From Syntrophorhabdaceae bacterium (lineage in GTDB: Bacteria > Desulfobacterota > Syntrophorhabdia > Syntrophorhabdales > Syntrophorhabdaceae), in contig OY762209.1 in the NCBI GenBank assembly GCA_963665295.1, positions 1,696,001 to 1,760,000 on the forward strand: a DNA stretch of 64,000 bases. Reading direction: 5' to 3'. Each line of letters opens with the position of its first letter. Position 1 is the first letter of the stretch. The notes under the pieces were generated by a model. That model was not told where the DNA came from. It searched no databases and saw nothing but the letters and a program-made list of their open reading frames with translations. A program made the translations under genes and the position numbers. Shown piece by piece: positions 21,057 through 30,565 of this stretch.

Positions 21057-21921
21057 ACATCTGGCGGACGCGTTTGCGTATCCTCCCATCCAGCGCGCCG
21101 CTCTTGCCTGCGTACTCTGCGGAGTGAGTTGCTCCGTGCTCTCCGTGTTTATCGTTCTCATGAAGATGCCCCTCATAGGGGTCGCCATGTCCCACGCCGC
21201 CCTCGCGGGCGCCGTGCTGGGCATGCTCATTGGTGTCAACCCGTTCCTCAGCGGGTTTGCCTTGTGCCTTGCGGTGGCGGGACTGATAGGCCCCCTTTCG
21301 GACCGTACGGATATGGCGCCGGAGAACGTGCTCGGAATCATATTCTCCTTTCTCATGGGGCTTGCCTTCCTCGGAATGGGAGTCCTCACGAGGACAAAGG
21401 CCGGGGCCTTGAACCTCATGTGGGGAAGCCTGCTCAGCCTCACCGGAGCGGACATCATGGTGCTCACTGCCGTCGCATCGGTTCTCGTACTTTTTGTAGT
21501 AATGTTCTTCAAGGAGATCCGTTCCGTGATGTTCAACAGGCGGCTTGCCGGGGCAAGCGGCGTCCGTGAGCGGTTTATCTATTATGCCCTTCTCTTTCTC
21601 ACCGGGGCCGTGGTCTCTTCCAACCTCGCGACGGTCGGCGGTCTTCTTATCTTCGCGCTGCTCGTGCAGCCGGGGGCCACAGCGCTCCAATTGACGTATA
21701 ACCTGAATCACTTCTTCTTCATTTCCGTGGCTTCAGGGACCGGGGCCTGTGTCTCCGGTCTCATAGTATCGTATATCTTTGATCTTCCGTCCGGCGCGTC
21801 GGTTGTTCTCATGGCGACAGCCATCTTTACGGTCTCTTACATCTTTTCGCCCAAACGCCGTGCGGCAAGAATCACGAAAAGGAGCACATCTTATGAAAAT
21901 GACACCCGACGAAATCTATAG
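21049..21921 (+). CDS. Metal ABC transporter permease (ZnuB/ABC-3)
   Basis: MSHAALAG, WGSLL, GGLLIFALLVQP and DLPSG; multi-TM. Confidence 0.9.
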   Translation: MVEHLADAFAYPPIQRAALACVLCGVSCSVLSVFIVLMKMPLIGVAMSHAALAGAVLGMLIGVNPFLSGFALCLAVAGLIGPLSDRTDMAPENVLGIIFSFLMGLAFLGMGVLTRTKAGALNLMWGSLLSLTGADIMVLTAVASVLVLFVVMFFKEIRSVMFNRRLAGASGVRERFIYYALLFLTGAVVSSNLATVGGLLIFALLVQPGATALQLTYNLNHFFFISVASGTGACVSGLIVSYIFDLPSGASVVLMATAIFTVSYIFSPKRRAARITKRSTSYENDTRRNL

Positions 21922-22531
21922 GACGCGTAAGAGGTTCTTCAACGACCACGCCGAAAGCTGGCGCGATATGTGGTACAAAGACCCGGCTACCGGGCGTCAC
22001 GATAAACATGTGAAGGATTTTGAGCGGCTCTTTTCGCTCCTGCCTCTCAAGCCGGGAGACCACGTACTGGACGTGGGGTGTGGAACGGGGGTACTGGTCA
22101 CACCAATTCTTGACCGCATCTCCGTAACCGGCATGCTCTACGAACTTGACTTCGCGGATAAGATGATAGAGGCCAATCGGCACCTCCATGGTGAAGACAA
22201 CATTCGATTCATCGTTTCGGACGCGGAAGACGCGCCGCTCGATGACGTCTCTTGCGATGTGGTTATCTGCTTCTCTTGCTTTCCACACTTTCAGGACAAG
22301 GGAAAGGCCTTGACGAACCTTTCGCGCATCCTCAAACCGGGCGGGGTTTTTGCCGTGGCGCATTTCGACTCGTCGGTAGGTATAAACAAACACCACGGAT
22401 CATGCCATGCCGTCATGCACGACCATCTACCCGACGAGACTGCCATGCGCTCTTTGCTGCACGCAGCGGGCCTGGCCATTGATCTGTTTATCGATGAACC
22501 TGGTTTCTATTGCATTCTTGCAGGGAAATAG
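21893..22531 (+). CDS. Class I SAM-dependent methyltransferase
   Basis: VLDVGCGTG, CFPHF, RILKPGG and a His-rich C-terminal patch; overlaps the permease stop. Confidence 0.9.
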   Translation: MKMTPDEIYRTRKRFFNDHAESWRDMWYKDPATGRHDKHVKDFERLFSLLPLKPGDHVLDVGCGTGVLVTPILDRISVTGMLYELDFADKMIEANRHLHGEDNIRFIVSDAEDAPLDDVSCDVVICFSCFPHFQDKGKALTNLSRILKPGGVFAVAHFDSSVGINKHHGSCHAVMHDHLPDETAMRSLLHAAGLAIDLFIDEPGFYCILAGK

Positions 22532-22775
22532 TCCGCGAAGGATGCCGCAACGACAGAGATAGTCTCAGGATATCAGCTCGGTAAATAGCCGGTCGCGGCG
22601 TGAAAATCGAGTTTGGCAAAAAACTCACCACGTATACCTTCAAAAAGCGTAGACTATACATTGCCGTATTTGGTTGCCGGTGCAGTAAGATGTGAAGGCC
22701 GGATAATGACGGCCGCCCGTATTATGTTCAGTAAAGCGCAGTTGAAGCAAAAAAAGAATGGGGAGATAAGAACAT

Positions 22776-22991
22776 ATGGATGAAGAATTGAGAAAATTAG
22801 ATGTATTTCTGGATTACCTGATTCAGCATAACAGAGACCATGCGGAGGAGATTACTGTTCTGGCACAAAAGGCAAAGAACCTTGGAGAGGCCGTGGTGTA
22901 CGACGACCTGGCAAGGGGGATTGAACATATGAAGCGGTTGAACGAAAGTCTGGAACATGCCCTCGTCGTATTGAGGGAAAAAGGGAGGTAG
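22776..22991 (+). CDS. Small helical protein with HNxxH motif (putative metal-binding)
   Basis: LDYLIQHNRDHAEE; GGGAG RBS; 3 nt upstream of a CooT-like gene. Confidence 0.65.
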   Translation: MDEELRKLDVFLDYLIQHNRDHAEEITVLAQKAKNLGEAVVYDDLARGIEHMKRLNESLEHALVVLREKGR

Positions 22992-22994
22992 AAT

Positions 22995-23180
22995 ATGTGC
23001 TTGGCAAAGGCATATCTAAAGAAGGACGATGGGAATGAGATCCTCTTAAAGGACATAGCTTATTTGGAGATATCGGAGAAAACTATCACTCTCACCACCC
23101 TTTTGCGGGAGACAGAAACGATAGAGGCAAGCATAAAAAGTATAAATTTTGTCCGGGGAAGCATCCTCCTTGAAAAATAG
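22995..23180 (+). CDS. cooT: CooT-family nickel-binding protein
   Basis: 61 aa beginning MCLAKAY (Cys2 typical of CooT), TTLL and IKSINF beta-rich pattern; GGAGG RBS. Confidence 0.8.
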   Translation: MCLAKAYLKKDDGNEILLKDIAYLEISEKTITLTTLLRETETIEASIKSINFVRGSILLEK

Positions 23181-23304
23181 GGCGGTGTAAATCGGTGAGC
23201 CCCATTACGGCGCAGGATCAAGCTCTTCTTTCGAAAAAATACCTTGCGCCTATGGCATTCCCACAAAAACCTGTTGCAAATCGGAAGAGCTTTATGTCAA
23301 ACTC

Positions 23305-23475
23305 AAACAATAAACGCGTAGCCGGTCTTCAAGGGAAGGAAGTGAGAATCTTCCGCTGTCCCGCAACTGTGAAGGTCAAGGCGGCACGCATGGGTCATTG
23401 ACCCGGCCACTACCCTCAAACGGGTGGGAAGGCGCGACAAGCCGCGATACCTAAGCCAGGATACCTTGGATCGGT
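23305..23475 (+). ncRNA. Cobalamin (AdoCbl) riboswitch
   Basis: AAGGGAA..GTGAGAATC..GCTGTCCCGCAACTGT, GCCACT..GGGAAGG and AAGCCAGGATACC (B12 box) upstream of a btuB-like gene. Boundaries approximate. Confidence 0.92.
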
Positions 23476-23605
23476 CTAAATCCACACGCAATTCCTTACG
23501 AGGCATAAGGAGGGGCACATGAGAACCGATCCACCCTAAATCCTTCATTTCACGTCAACAAACCAATTCGAAATTCTATCCGTGTTGTCATGAAAAGGAG
23601 GAGCC

Positions 23606-25606
23606 ATGCGCATTTTCGCTACAGCGGCCATTTGTCTTTGTCTATCGGCCTACACCTTTCTACCCTCACATGCAGGAGAGACGCCCTATAAGCTCGATGA
23701 TATCGTGGTGACGGCATCGAGGACGCCGTCCCATATCATAGAGGCCCCCGCGAATATCTCGATTATCACCAAAGAAGACATCGAGGAGATGGGGGCGACC
23801 ACCATCATCGATATATTCAAGCGAGAGCCCGGTGTCTTTACGTCCAATCTCTTAGGCAACCCCAAGGGCGCCCAGATAGACATACGGGGCTACGGGGAGA
23901 CAGCCCCTCAGAACGTCCTTTTCCTTGTGGACGGGAGGCGTATCAACAGTGTCGAAATGTCCGGACCCGACCTCGCGCAGGTCCCCATCGAGATGATAGA
24001 GCGGGTGGAGATTTACAGGGGACCCGCCACAGCCCTTTACGGAGACAATGCCGTGGCAGGGGCGGTGAATATCATCACAAAGAGGGGAGAGGGCAAGCCC
24101 ACGGTCAAGGCGGGCATGATGGCAGGAAGTTACGCCACCTACTCGTCTACTCTGAGCACGTCGGGAAGAGCGGAGAAACTCAGCTACTACACCCTCGGGT
24201 CGTCCTATGACACGAACGGATACCGGCAGAACAACAACCTTCAGATGAAGGACCTCTTCGGCGGCTTCACCTTCGACGCCTTCCGGAGCCTCTCCTTCTC
24301 CCTTAAGGCGGGCTACCACAAGGACCGTTACGGCATGCCGGGGTCGTTGTCCACCGCTGATCTTTGGAGCGGCAAATATGACCGTCAGAACTCCAAGACC
24401 CCTTTCGACTACGCCTTTACGGAGGACAGCTTTACCGATATGGGAACGGATATAAAGCTTCCCCATGAGATCACGGTCTCACTCTATGGCTCCTACAGGA
24501 ACCGCCACGCCGGGTATCGCTACGACGCATCCTCTTACGATGGTAGAAACACGCTTGAGACCTATGGGCTCACTCCCAAGTTGACCGTGGCGACCCCTGT
24601 CTTTGGACTCAGAAACACCCTTGTCGCCGGTTTCGACTATTATAACTCTCCCGCTACCATGGGGAGTTTCAGCCCCTCTTACTTTATCAGCTCCACTACG
24701 AGGATCAGAAAGACGGACGGGGCCTTCTACGTCAATGACGATTTCTCTCTCCTCAAGGACCTGACCCTGGGCTTTGGCTACAGGTTCCAGAAAACATCAT
24801 ATGACATAGACTATTTCGACGATTACGGCTTCATCAAACCCGTGAACGACACGACCCATGAACAAAAGGACGCCTACCGGGCTCACGTAAACTACCTCCT
24901 CGGCAAGGACGGAAACCTTTTCCTCACGTGGGCGAAAGGCTTCAGGATGCCAACCACCGATGAACTTTTCAGCCCCTATTCATCACCGCCCATAAACCAG
25001 AACCTCGTTCCCCAGGTGACCAAGGAGGTGGACGCAGGCATCCGTTATAACATCACGAACCGGATCGGGGGGAGCCTCACCTGTTTCCAGGCGAGGACGG
25101 ATAATGAAATCTATTACAACCCTTACACCTATACGAACGGCAACTACGACAAGACAAAAAGAGAAGGCGTGGAGGCGGCGGTATACCTGACCCTCACGAA
25201 GGATCTGAGCCTCGACCTCCTCTATTCATACACGGACGCGAGGTTTGACGGAGGAGCCTTTGACGGGAACCGCATACCCCTTGTCCCGAGGGACAAGTTT
25301 TCATCCAAGCTTACGTACACGTGGAGCGGTTTTACCGCCAACGCCATTCTGACCTATGTGGGTCCCCGGTACCTCATAAGCGATCAGCAGAACCAGCTTC
25401 CCATGCTTCCGGGGGTCACTCTGCTCGACCTTACCGCGAAGTATGTCTTCAAAGGCGTACAGGTATACTTCGGTACAAAGAACGTGACGGGAAAGCAGTA
25501 CAGCGAATATGGAGTGGCGAGCTACAGTTATACCGGCAAAGCCACAGCCAATTTCTATCCGTCCGCTGAGAGGCAGTTCGTGGGTGGGGTATCGTATGCG
25601 TTTTAG
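23606..25606 (+). CDS. btuB: TonB-dependent cobalamin receptor (BtuB-like)
   Basis: DDIVVTASR TonB box, IDIRG, IERVEIYRGP..LYG and terminal Phe; riboswitch upstream. Confidence 0.85.
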   Translation: MRIFATAAICLCLSAYTFLPSHAGETPYKLDDIVVTASRTPSHIIEAPANISIITKEDIEEMGATTIIDIFKREPGVFTSNLLGNPKGAQIDIRGYGETAPQNVLFLVDGRRINSVEMSGPDLAQVPIEMIERVEIYRGPATALYGDNAVAGAVNIITKRGEGKPTVKAGMMAGSYATYSSTLSTSGRAEKLSYYTLGSSYDTNGYRQNNNLQMKDLFGGFTFDAFRSLSFSLKAGYHKDRYGMPGSLSTADLWSGKYDRQNSKTPFDYAFTEDSFTDMGTDIKLPHEITVSLYGSYRNRHAGYRYDASSYDGRNTLETYGLTPKLTVATPVFGLRNTLVAGFDYYNSPATMGSFSPSYFISSTTRIRKTDGAFYVNDDFSLLKDLTLGFGYRFQKTSYDIDYFDDYGFIKPVNDTTHEQKDAYRAHVNYLLGKDGNLFLTWAKGFRMPTTDELFSPYSSPPINQNLVPQVTKEVDAGIRYNITNRIGGSLTCFQARTDNEIYYNPYTYTNGNYDKTKREGVEAAVYLTLTKDLSLDLLYSYTDARFDGGAFDGNRIPLVPRDKFSSKLTYTWSGFTANAILTYVGPRYLISDQQNQLPMLPGVTLLDLTAKYVFKGVQVYFGTKNVTGKQYSEYGVASYSYTGKATANFYPSAERQFVGGVSYAF

Positions 25607-25631
25607 AAGAAGGGGGCACGGGGCCGCGAAG

Positions 25632-26564
25632 ATGAAAGCCGTCGTCAGTGAAGAGTCGTGCCGTAAAGGCGGGAATGGTAAAAACGGAGTCAGCGCCCGG
25701 CTCCGGCGCGTACCGGGCGCGCTTCTCTGCCTCTTCGCGTGCCTCATGGCGGTGGCAGTCCACTGCGCCGCTGCCGCGAGGGCCGTTCCCCAAAGAATAG
25801 TCTCGTGCGGCCCGGCAATTACGGAGAAACTCTATCTCCTCGGCGTGGAGAAAAACATCGCAGGGGTCACCGTTTATTGTCAGAGACCCTATGAAGCACG
25901 GGAGAAACCCAAGGTCGGGAGCGTGACCCAAATAAACGTAGAAAAGGTGGCAGCCTTGAGGCCCGACCTCGTACTTGCCACCTCCCTCACCGACCCCTGT
26001 TCCGTCAGGAGACTAAAGAGCCTGAGGTTAAGGGTGGTCGTCTTCAAGGAGCCCAAGTCCTTTGAGGAGATGAATGAGCAGTTCGTGGAAATGGGCAGGC
26101 TCACGGGAAAGGAGCACGTTGCCCTGGAGATTGTCCGGGCAAGCCGGAAGCAGGTAGGGCATATCAGGGCAGGAGTCAAAAAGCTCACGAGACCGAGGGT
26201 TTTCATTCAGGTAGGGGCAAATCCCCTCTTTACCGCCTCGAAAGAGTCTCTTTTTAACGACTTCCTCGAATTCTCCGGCGGCATCAACGTCGCTCAAGAT
26301 TCCAAGGGAGGATTCTATAGCAGGGAGCAGGTACTCACCGGTAACCCCGATATCATCCTCATAGTTGCAATGGAAGGCCCCGTAGCGGATAGAGAGAAAA
26401 CGAGATGGCAGAGATTTGACACGGTAAAGGCGGTGAGGGATCGCGCGGTGTACGTGATGGACCCTTATAAGATGTGCAGTCCTACTCCGGTTAGCTTTGT
26501 GGAAGCCCTGGAGACCGTGGCAAATCTTCTTCATCCGGGACGCGGGAAAGGGGGCGAACAGTGA
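25632..26564 (+). CDS. btuF: Cobalamin ABC substrate-binding protein (BtuF-like)
   Basis: PQRIVS..P..TE.LY.LG, NVEKV.ALRPDLV and SRE..L..NPD. Start uncertain. Confidence 0.8.
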   Translation: MKAVVSEESCRKGGNGKNGVSARLRRVPGALLCLFACLMAVAVHCAAAARAVPQRIVSCGPAITEKLYLLGVEKNIAGVTVYCQRPYEAREKPKVGSVTQINVEKVAALRPDLVLATSLTDPCSVRRLKSLRLRVVVFKEPKSFEEMNEQFVEMGRLTGKEHVALEIVRASRKQVGHIRAGVKKLTRPRVFIQVGANPLFTASKESLFNDFLEFSGGINVAQDSKGGFYSREQVLTGNPDIILIVAMEGPVADREKTRWQRFDTVKAVRDRAVYVMDPYKMCSPTPVSFVEALETVANLLHPGRGKGGEQ

Positions 26565-27577
26565 CAAGAAAGCGCACTCGGCATATCGCTGTAATCCTGA
26601 TTCTCTTCCTTATGCTTATCGGGGTATCTCTTCTCTCTCTGTCCACGGGGGCCGCACCCATTTCTCCGGGACAGATCGTCCCTTTGCTTGTGAACGGCCA
26701 GGGGAGTCCGGCCTACAGCATACTCGTCGATATCCGCCTGCCCCGCTTGGTCCTCGGGTTCGCGGTAGGCGGGGCACTGAGCCTCGCCGGAGTGATCCTT
26801 CAGGGTATGTTTCGTAACAGTCTGGTTGAGCCCTATACTTTAGGCATATCGGGCGGAGCGGCCTCAGGGGTCTCGGTGACGACCGTCCTGGGGCTCGGTC
26901 ATGTTCTCGGCCTCTATGCTCTTCCCATCTCAGGGTTCGCGGGCGGCCTCCTGGTGATCCTGTTCCTGTACTCGGCGGGCACCAGGAGGGGAACCCTCAA
27001 GGCCCCGAGCCTCCTCCTCACCGGGGTCATGGTAAACTTCATCTCTTCTTCTTTTGTCCTTCTTATTATGTCGGTCTCCAGGGCCGAAGACCTCCATGAT
27101 ATTCTCTTTTGGATCATGGGTTCCCTCGGGGAGACGGACCGGATCCTCGTGATCCTTGCTTTATGTGCCGCCCTTTCGGGATTGGCGGTCTCCTGTTTCT
27201 TCTCGGTGAGCCTCAATGCTTTGGCTTTGGGCGAGGAGGAGGCGCTCCATCTGGGCATCAACGTGGAAAGGACAAAACGGGCGGTCCTTGTTGTCGCGTC
27301 TCTCCTCACCGGAGTCTCGGTCTCTATCTCCGGGGCTATCGGGTTTGTAGGGCTCGTCGTGCCCCATTTTGTTCGCATGTGCGTGGGCGTGGACCACCGG
27401 ATCGTGATGACCGGTTCCTTCCTGTCAGGGGCGGTCTTCCTGATCCTTTGCGATACGGTGGCGAGGACCGTAGCCCTGCCCATGGAGTTGCCGGTGGGCG
27501 CAATAACGGGGATCCTCGGCGGCCTTCTCTTCATTTATGCGCTCGCAAAAAACGAATTGTCCATAGGGAGGCAATAG
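26561..27577 (+). CDS. btuC: FecCD/BtuC-family permease
   Basis: IRLPR, FRNSLVEPYTLGISGGA, GEEEALHLG, IGFVGLVVPH and ELPVG. Confidence 0.85.
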   Translation: MTRKRTRHIAVILILFLMLIGVSLLSLSTGAAPISPGQIVPLLVNGQGSPAYSILVDIRLPRLVLGFAVGGALSLAGVILQGMFRNSLVEPYTLGISGGAASGVSVTTVLGLGHVLGLYALPISGFAGGLLVILFLYSAGTRRGTLKAPSLLLTGVMVNFISSSFVLLIMSVSRAEDLHDILFWIMGSLGETDRILVILALCAALSGLAVSCFFSVSLNALALGEEEALHLGINVERTKRAVLVVASLLTGVSVSISGAIGFVGLVVPHFVRMCVGVDHRIVMTGSFLSGAVFLILCDTVARTVALPMELPVGAITGILGGLLFIYALAKNELSIGRQ

Positions 27578-28380
27578 TGCTTGAGATACGCAACGTTACG
27601 TGTGGTTATGGAAAAGAACCGGTCCTTCGGGATCTGAGTGTGAAGGTAGGGGCGGGAGAATTCGTCGCAATTCTGGGACCGAACGGCTCCGGAAAGACAA
27701 CGCTCATGAGGGCTCTCTCCAGGGTGATAAGGCCCGTCAAGGGTCTTATTCTCTTCAATGGTCGGGATATGGGAGAAATGAGCTTCGGGGCGTTTGCGCG
27801 GAAGATTGCGGTGGTAAGCAACCTCCGGGATGCGGATCTCCCCATGTCGGTTGAAGAGTTGGTGCTTCTGGGGAGAATACCCCACCGGGCAGGGCCGGCG
27901 TTGTGGGAGACAGAGGAAGACCTCCGGCATGTTCATCACGCCATGACCCTTACCGGCACCTCAGGGTTCAAAAGACGGCGGGTCGATACCCTGAGCAGCG
28001 GAGAGAGGCAGATGGTTTCCATCGCCCGGGCCCTGGCCCAGGAACCGAGCCTTCTTCTGCTCGATGAACCGACAAGTCATCTCGACATAGCCCATCAGGG
28101 CAAGGTAATGGACCTCGTCAGGAGACTCAATCGGGAAGGGGCGCTTACCGTGGTCACCGTCCTTCACGATCTCAACCTGGCAAGCCAATACTGCGACAGG
28201 CTCCTTCTTTTGAAAGGAGGCTCCATGGTAAAGGACGGCCCTCCGGGAAAAGTGTTGACCGATGAGATTATACGGCACGTTTATGGAATCCCGGCAAAAG
28301 TCGTTGATAGTCCATCGCCAGAGAGGCCCTATGTTCTGCTTGTCCCGGAAACCCGCGATGCGGGTCTTTATAGACGGTGA
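27577..28380 (+). CDS. btuD: Cobalamin/Fe-siderophore ABC ATPase (BtuD-like)
   Basis: GPNGSGKT, LSSGERQ, LLLDEPTSHLD and HDLN; GTG start overlaps the permease stop. Confidence 0.85.
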   Translation: MLEIRNVTCGYGKEPVLRDLSVKVGAGEFVAILGPNGSGKTTLMRALSRVIRPVKGLILFNGRDMGEMSFGAFARKIAVVSNLRDADLPMSVEELVLLGRIPHRAGPALWETEEDLRHVHHAMTLTGTSGFKRRRVDTLSSGERQMVSIARALAQEPSLLLLDEPTSHLDIAHQGKVMDLVRRLNREGALTVVTVLHDLNLASQYCDRLLLLKGGSMVKDGPPGKVLTDEIIRHVYGIPAKVVDSPSPERPYVLLVPETRDAGLYRR

Positions 28381-28498
28381 GTTTCAACGCTTCCTCTTCG
28401 TCAATGGTGATGCCCACCTTTTCCTGATCGGCAAGGAGACTTCTTCCCGGCTTTGGATAAGGCGGCGGTCTTTCTCTTTGCGGGTCAGGTGACCCCCA

Positions 28499-29023
28499 TC
28501 ACCACTCGATGCCTTTCCGGGCCTTTACACCGGAGTTGTAAGGGTGTTTTACTTCACACATCTCGGTGACGAGGTCCGCCGTTTCCATGAGGCGCTTCGG
28601 GGCGTCCCGGCCCGTGACGAGCACGTTCAGGTTCCCGGGCCTGTTGCGGAGGACTTCCAGAGCCTCATCTTCGCTTAGCATGCCGTAGTTGATGACGTAG
28701 GTGAATTCATCGAGGATCACGAGGTGGTGGCGTCCCGCGGCAATGATCGATTTCGCGAGGTTCCATCCGTCCCGGGCCGCCTGGCGGTCCTTGTCAAGGT
28801 CGTCCGATTTCCAGGTAAAACCGTGGCCCGTAACGTGGACCTCGAGGAGATCTTTAAACCGTTCGGCGCTTATCAATTCCCCGTATTTCCAACTGCCCTT
28901 GATGAACTGTATCACGCACACTTTCAGGCCGTGGCCCATTGCGCGGAATGCGAGGCCCAGGGCCGCGGTGGTCTTGCCCTTGCCGTTGCCCGTATGCACC
29001 ATCAATAATCCTTTGTTTGCCAT
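28499..29023 (-). CDS. cobO: Cob(I)yrinic acid a,c-diamide adenosyltransferase (CobO/BtuR)
   Basis: TGNGKGKTTAALG, QFIKG, LDE, TGR and KHP motifs. Confidence 0.95.
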   Translation of the reverse strand: MANKGLLMVHTGNGKGKTTAALGLAFRAMGHGLKVCVIQFIKGSWKYGELISAERFKDLLEVHVTGHGFTWKSDDLDKDRQAARDGWNLAKSIIAAGRHHLVILDEFTYVINYGMLSEDEALEVLRNRPGNLNVLVTGRDAPKRLMETADLVTEMCEVKHPYNSGVKARKGIEW

Positions 29024-29052
29024 TGTTTTTGTCCTCTCCCGTTATATTTCCG

Positions 29053-30519
29053 CTACTTTTCCTTTACGCCGTTGATCCCCGCGATGCGCCCGAAGACGAT
29101 GCAATCGGGAATGGCGTTTCCCCCGAGTCTGTTTGACCCGTGGACGCCGCCCGCCACTTCGCCCGCCGCGTAGAGCCTCGGTATGGGCCTGCCCTGGATA
29201 TCGATCACCCGGGCGTTCCGGTCGATCCTCAAGCCCCCCATGCAGTGATGGATGGCGGGCCACTGGGCGATCGCATAAAAGGGTCCTTCCGTGAGGAGGA
29301 CCATGGCGCCTGTCATGGGCTTATTAAACCACGGGTCTTTGCCTTCCGCGACGCAGGTGTTGTGTTTTACCATGGAATCGTGAAGGGCCTCCGTGGGCAT
29401 GCCGAGCCTGAGGGCAATCCCGGTGATGGTCTCTGTCATTGTCACTCGTCCCCTTGCCACCCCGCTTCGCACCTCCCGGGGGGACACGGCGAGTTTGTCG
29501 AATATCGCGTCGTTGAGGACCGCGTATGTCGGTCTTCCCTCTGACATGACCTGGGCGTTCGAGACCGCGTCGCGGCGGTCCAGTTCATTTACGAACCTCT
29601 CGCCCCGGCCGTTTACGTAGAAGAGTCCGTAACCCGTGCCCGAGTAAGCATGGAGGGCGAAGGAGTCGATGGCGCCCGTTTCCGGCTCCGCGCAGGGGAA
29701 GAGCTGGACGAATTCCATGTGGAGCACGTCCGCGCCTATGGCCCTCGCGTACCGGATGATCTCACCCGTGGCGCCCCGGTGGTTCGTGCAGCCGTAACCT
29801 GCCGTGAGGCTCGGGTTGAAGTCCATCCGCATCTTCACGTCCTGTGCGAACCCTCCGGACGCGAGGATGAGGGCCCGCCCGATCCTGATGTTCTTCTTCT
29901 GCCCGCCTGTGGCCACCTCTACCCCGAGGACAGGCCCCCCGCAGCCCTTGCGATGGATGCGGGTGACTTCCTTGCCCAGGCGGATCTCCGCGCCGCGGCT
30001 CAGGGCAAGCTTCCTGAGGGGGTCGGTGAAACCTCTGCCCGATGACCGGGATTCGAGGTGGCTCCGGTGGGCCGAATGGCCTCCTATGCGCGGGAGTGTC
30101 TCCCGAAGGCTCGCCCCGGCGTCGATGAGCCAGTTAAGACCGTCGGGCGCTCCTTTCACCATCACCTCCGCCAAAGCGGGGATGCTGTAATAGTCCCCGC
30201 CCTTCAAGGTGTCCGCAAGGTGTAACTGCCACCCGTCATCACCGAGGCCGAGTTTCTGCCTGAGATGGAGCTTGCTGTCGGAGGCGCAGTAGCCACCGCC
30301 GGATATGAGGGAGTTGCCTCCGTATCTCCGCATTTTTTCGAGGACCACTACCCCGGCGCCCGCCCCTGCTGCCTCGGCAGCTGCGGCGAGACCGGCAAAA
30401 CCCGAGCCCACCACGACTATATCGACCTCTTCATCCCACAGTTCCGGGATTTTGCCTGTGGTGTCGCCTTCCTTTGTTCGTCTTGGGACCTGCCTCTTCA
30501 TACGCTCCTTTTCCGGCAA
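29053..30519 (-). CDS. Flavocytochrome-c-type flavin reductase (FAD_binding_2), no export signal
   Basis: GSGFAG, GGNS, ASGGF, RFVNE..RRD, HHCMGG and GGVHGSNRLGGN. Confidence 0.9.
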   Translation of the reverse strand: MPEKERMKRQVPRRTKEGDTTGKIPELWDEEVDIVVVGSGFAGLAAAAEAAGAGAGVVVLEKMRRYGGNSLISGGGYCASDSKLHLRQKLGLGDDGWQLHLADTLKGGDYYSIPALAEVMVKGAPDGLNWLIDAGASLRETLPRIGGHSAHRSHLESRSSGRGFTDPLRKLALSRGAEIRLGKEVTRIHRKGCGGPVLGVEVATGGQKKNIRIGRALILASGGFAQDVKMRMDFNPSLTAGYGCTNHRGATGEIIRYARAIGADVLHMEFVQLFPCAEPETGAIDSFALHAYSGTGYGLFYVNGRGERFVNELDRRDAVSNAQVMSEGRPTYAVLNDAIFDKLAVSPREVRSGVARGRVTMTETITGIALRLGMPTEALHDSMVKHNTCVAEGKDPWFNKPMTGAMVLLTEGPFYAIAQWPAIHHCMGGLRIDRNARVIDIQGRPIPRLYAAGEVAGGVHGSNRLGGNAIPDCIVFGRIAGINGVKEK

Positions 30520-30565
30520 CGGCCGCTCCCTCCGGGCGGCCTCACCGTATCATAATATCACCATA

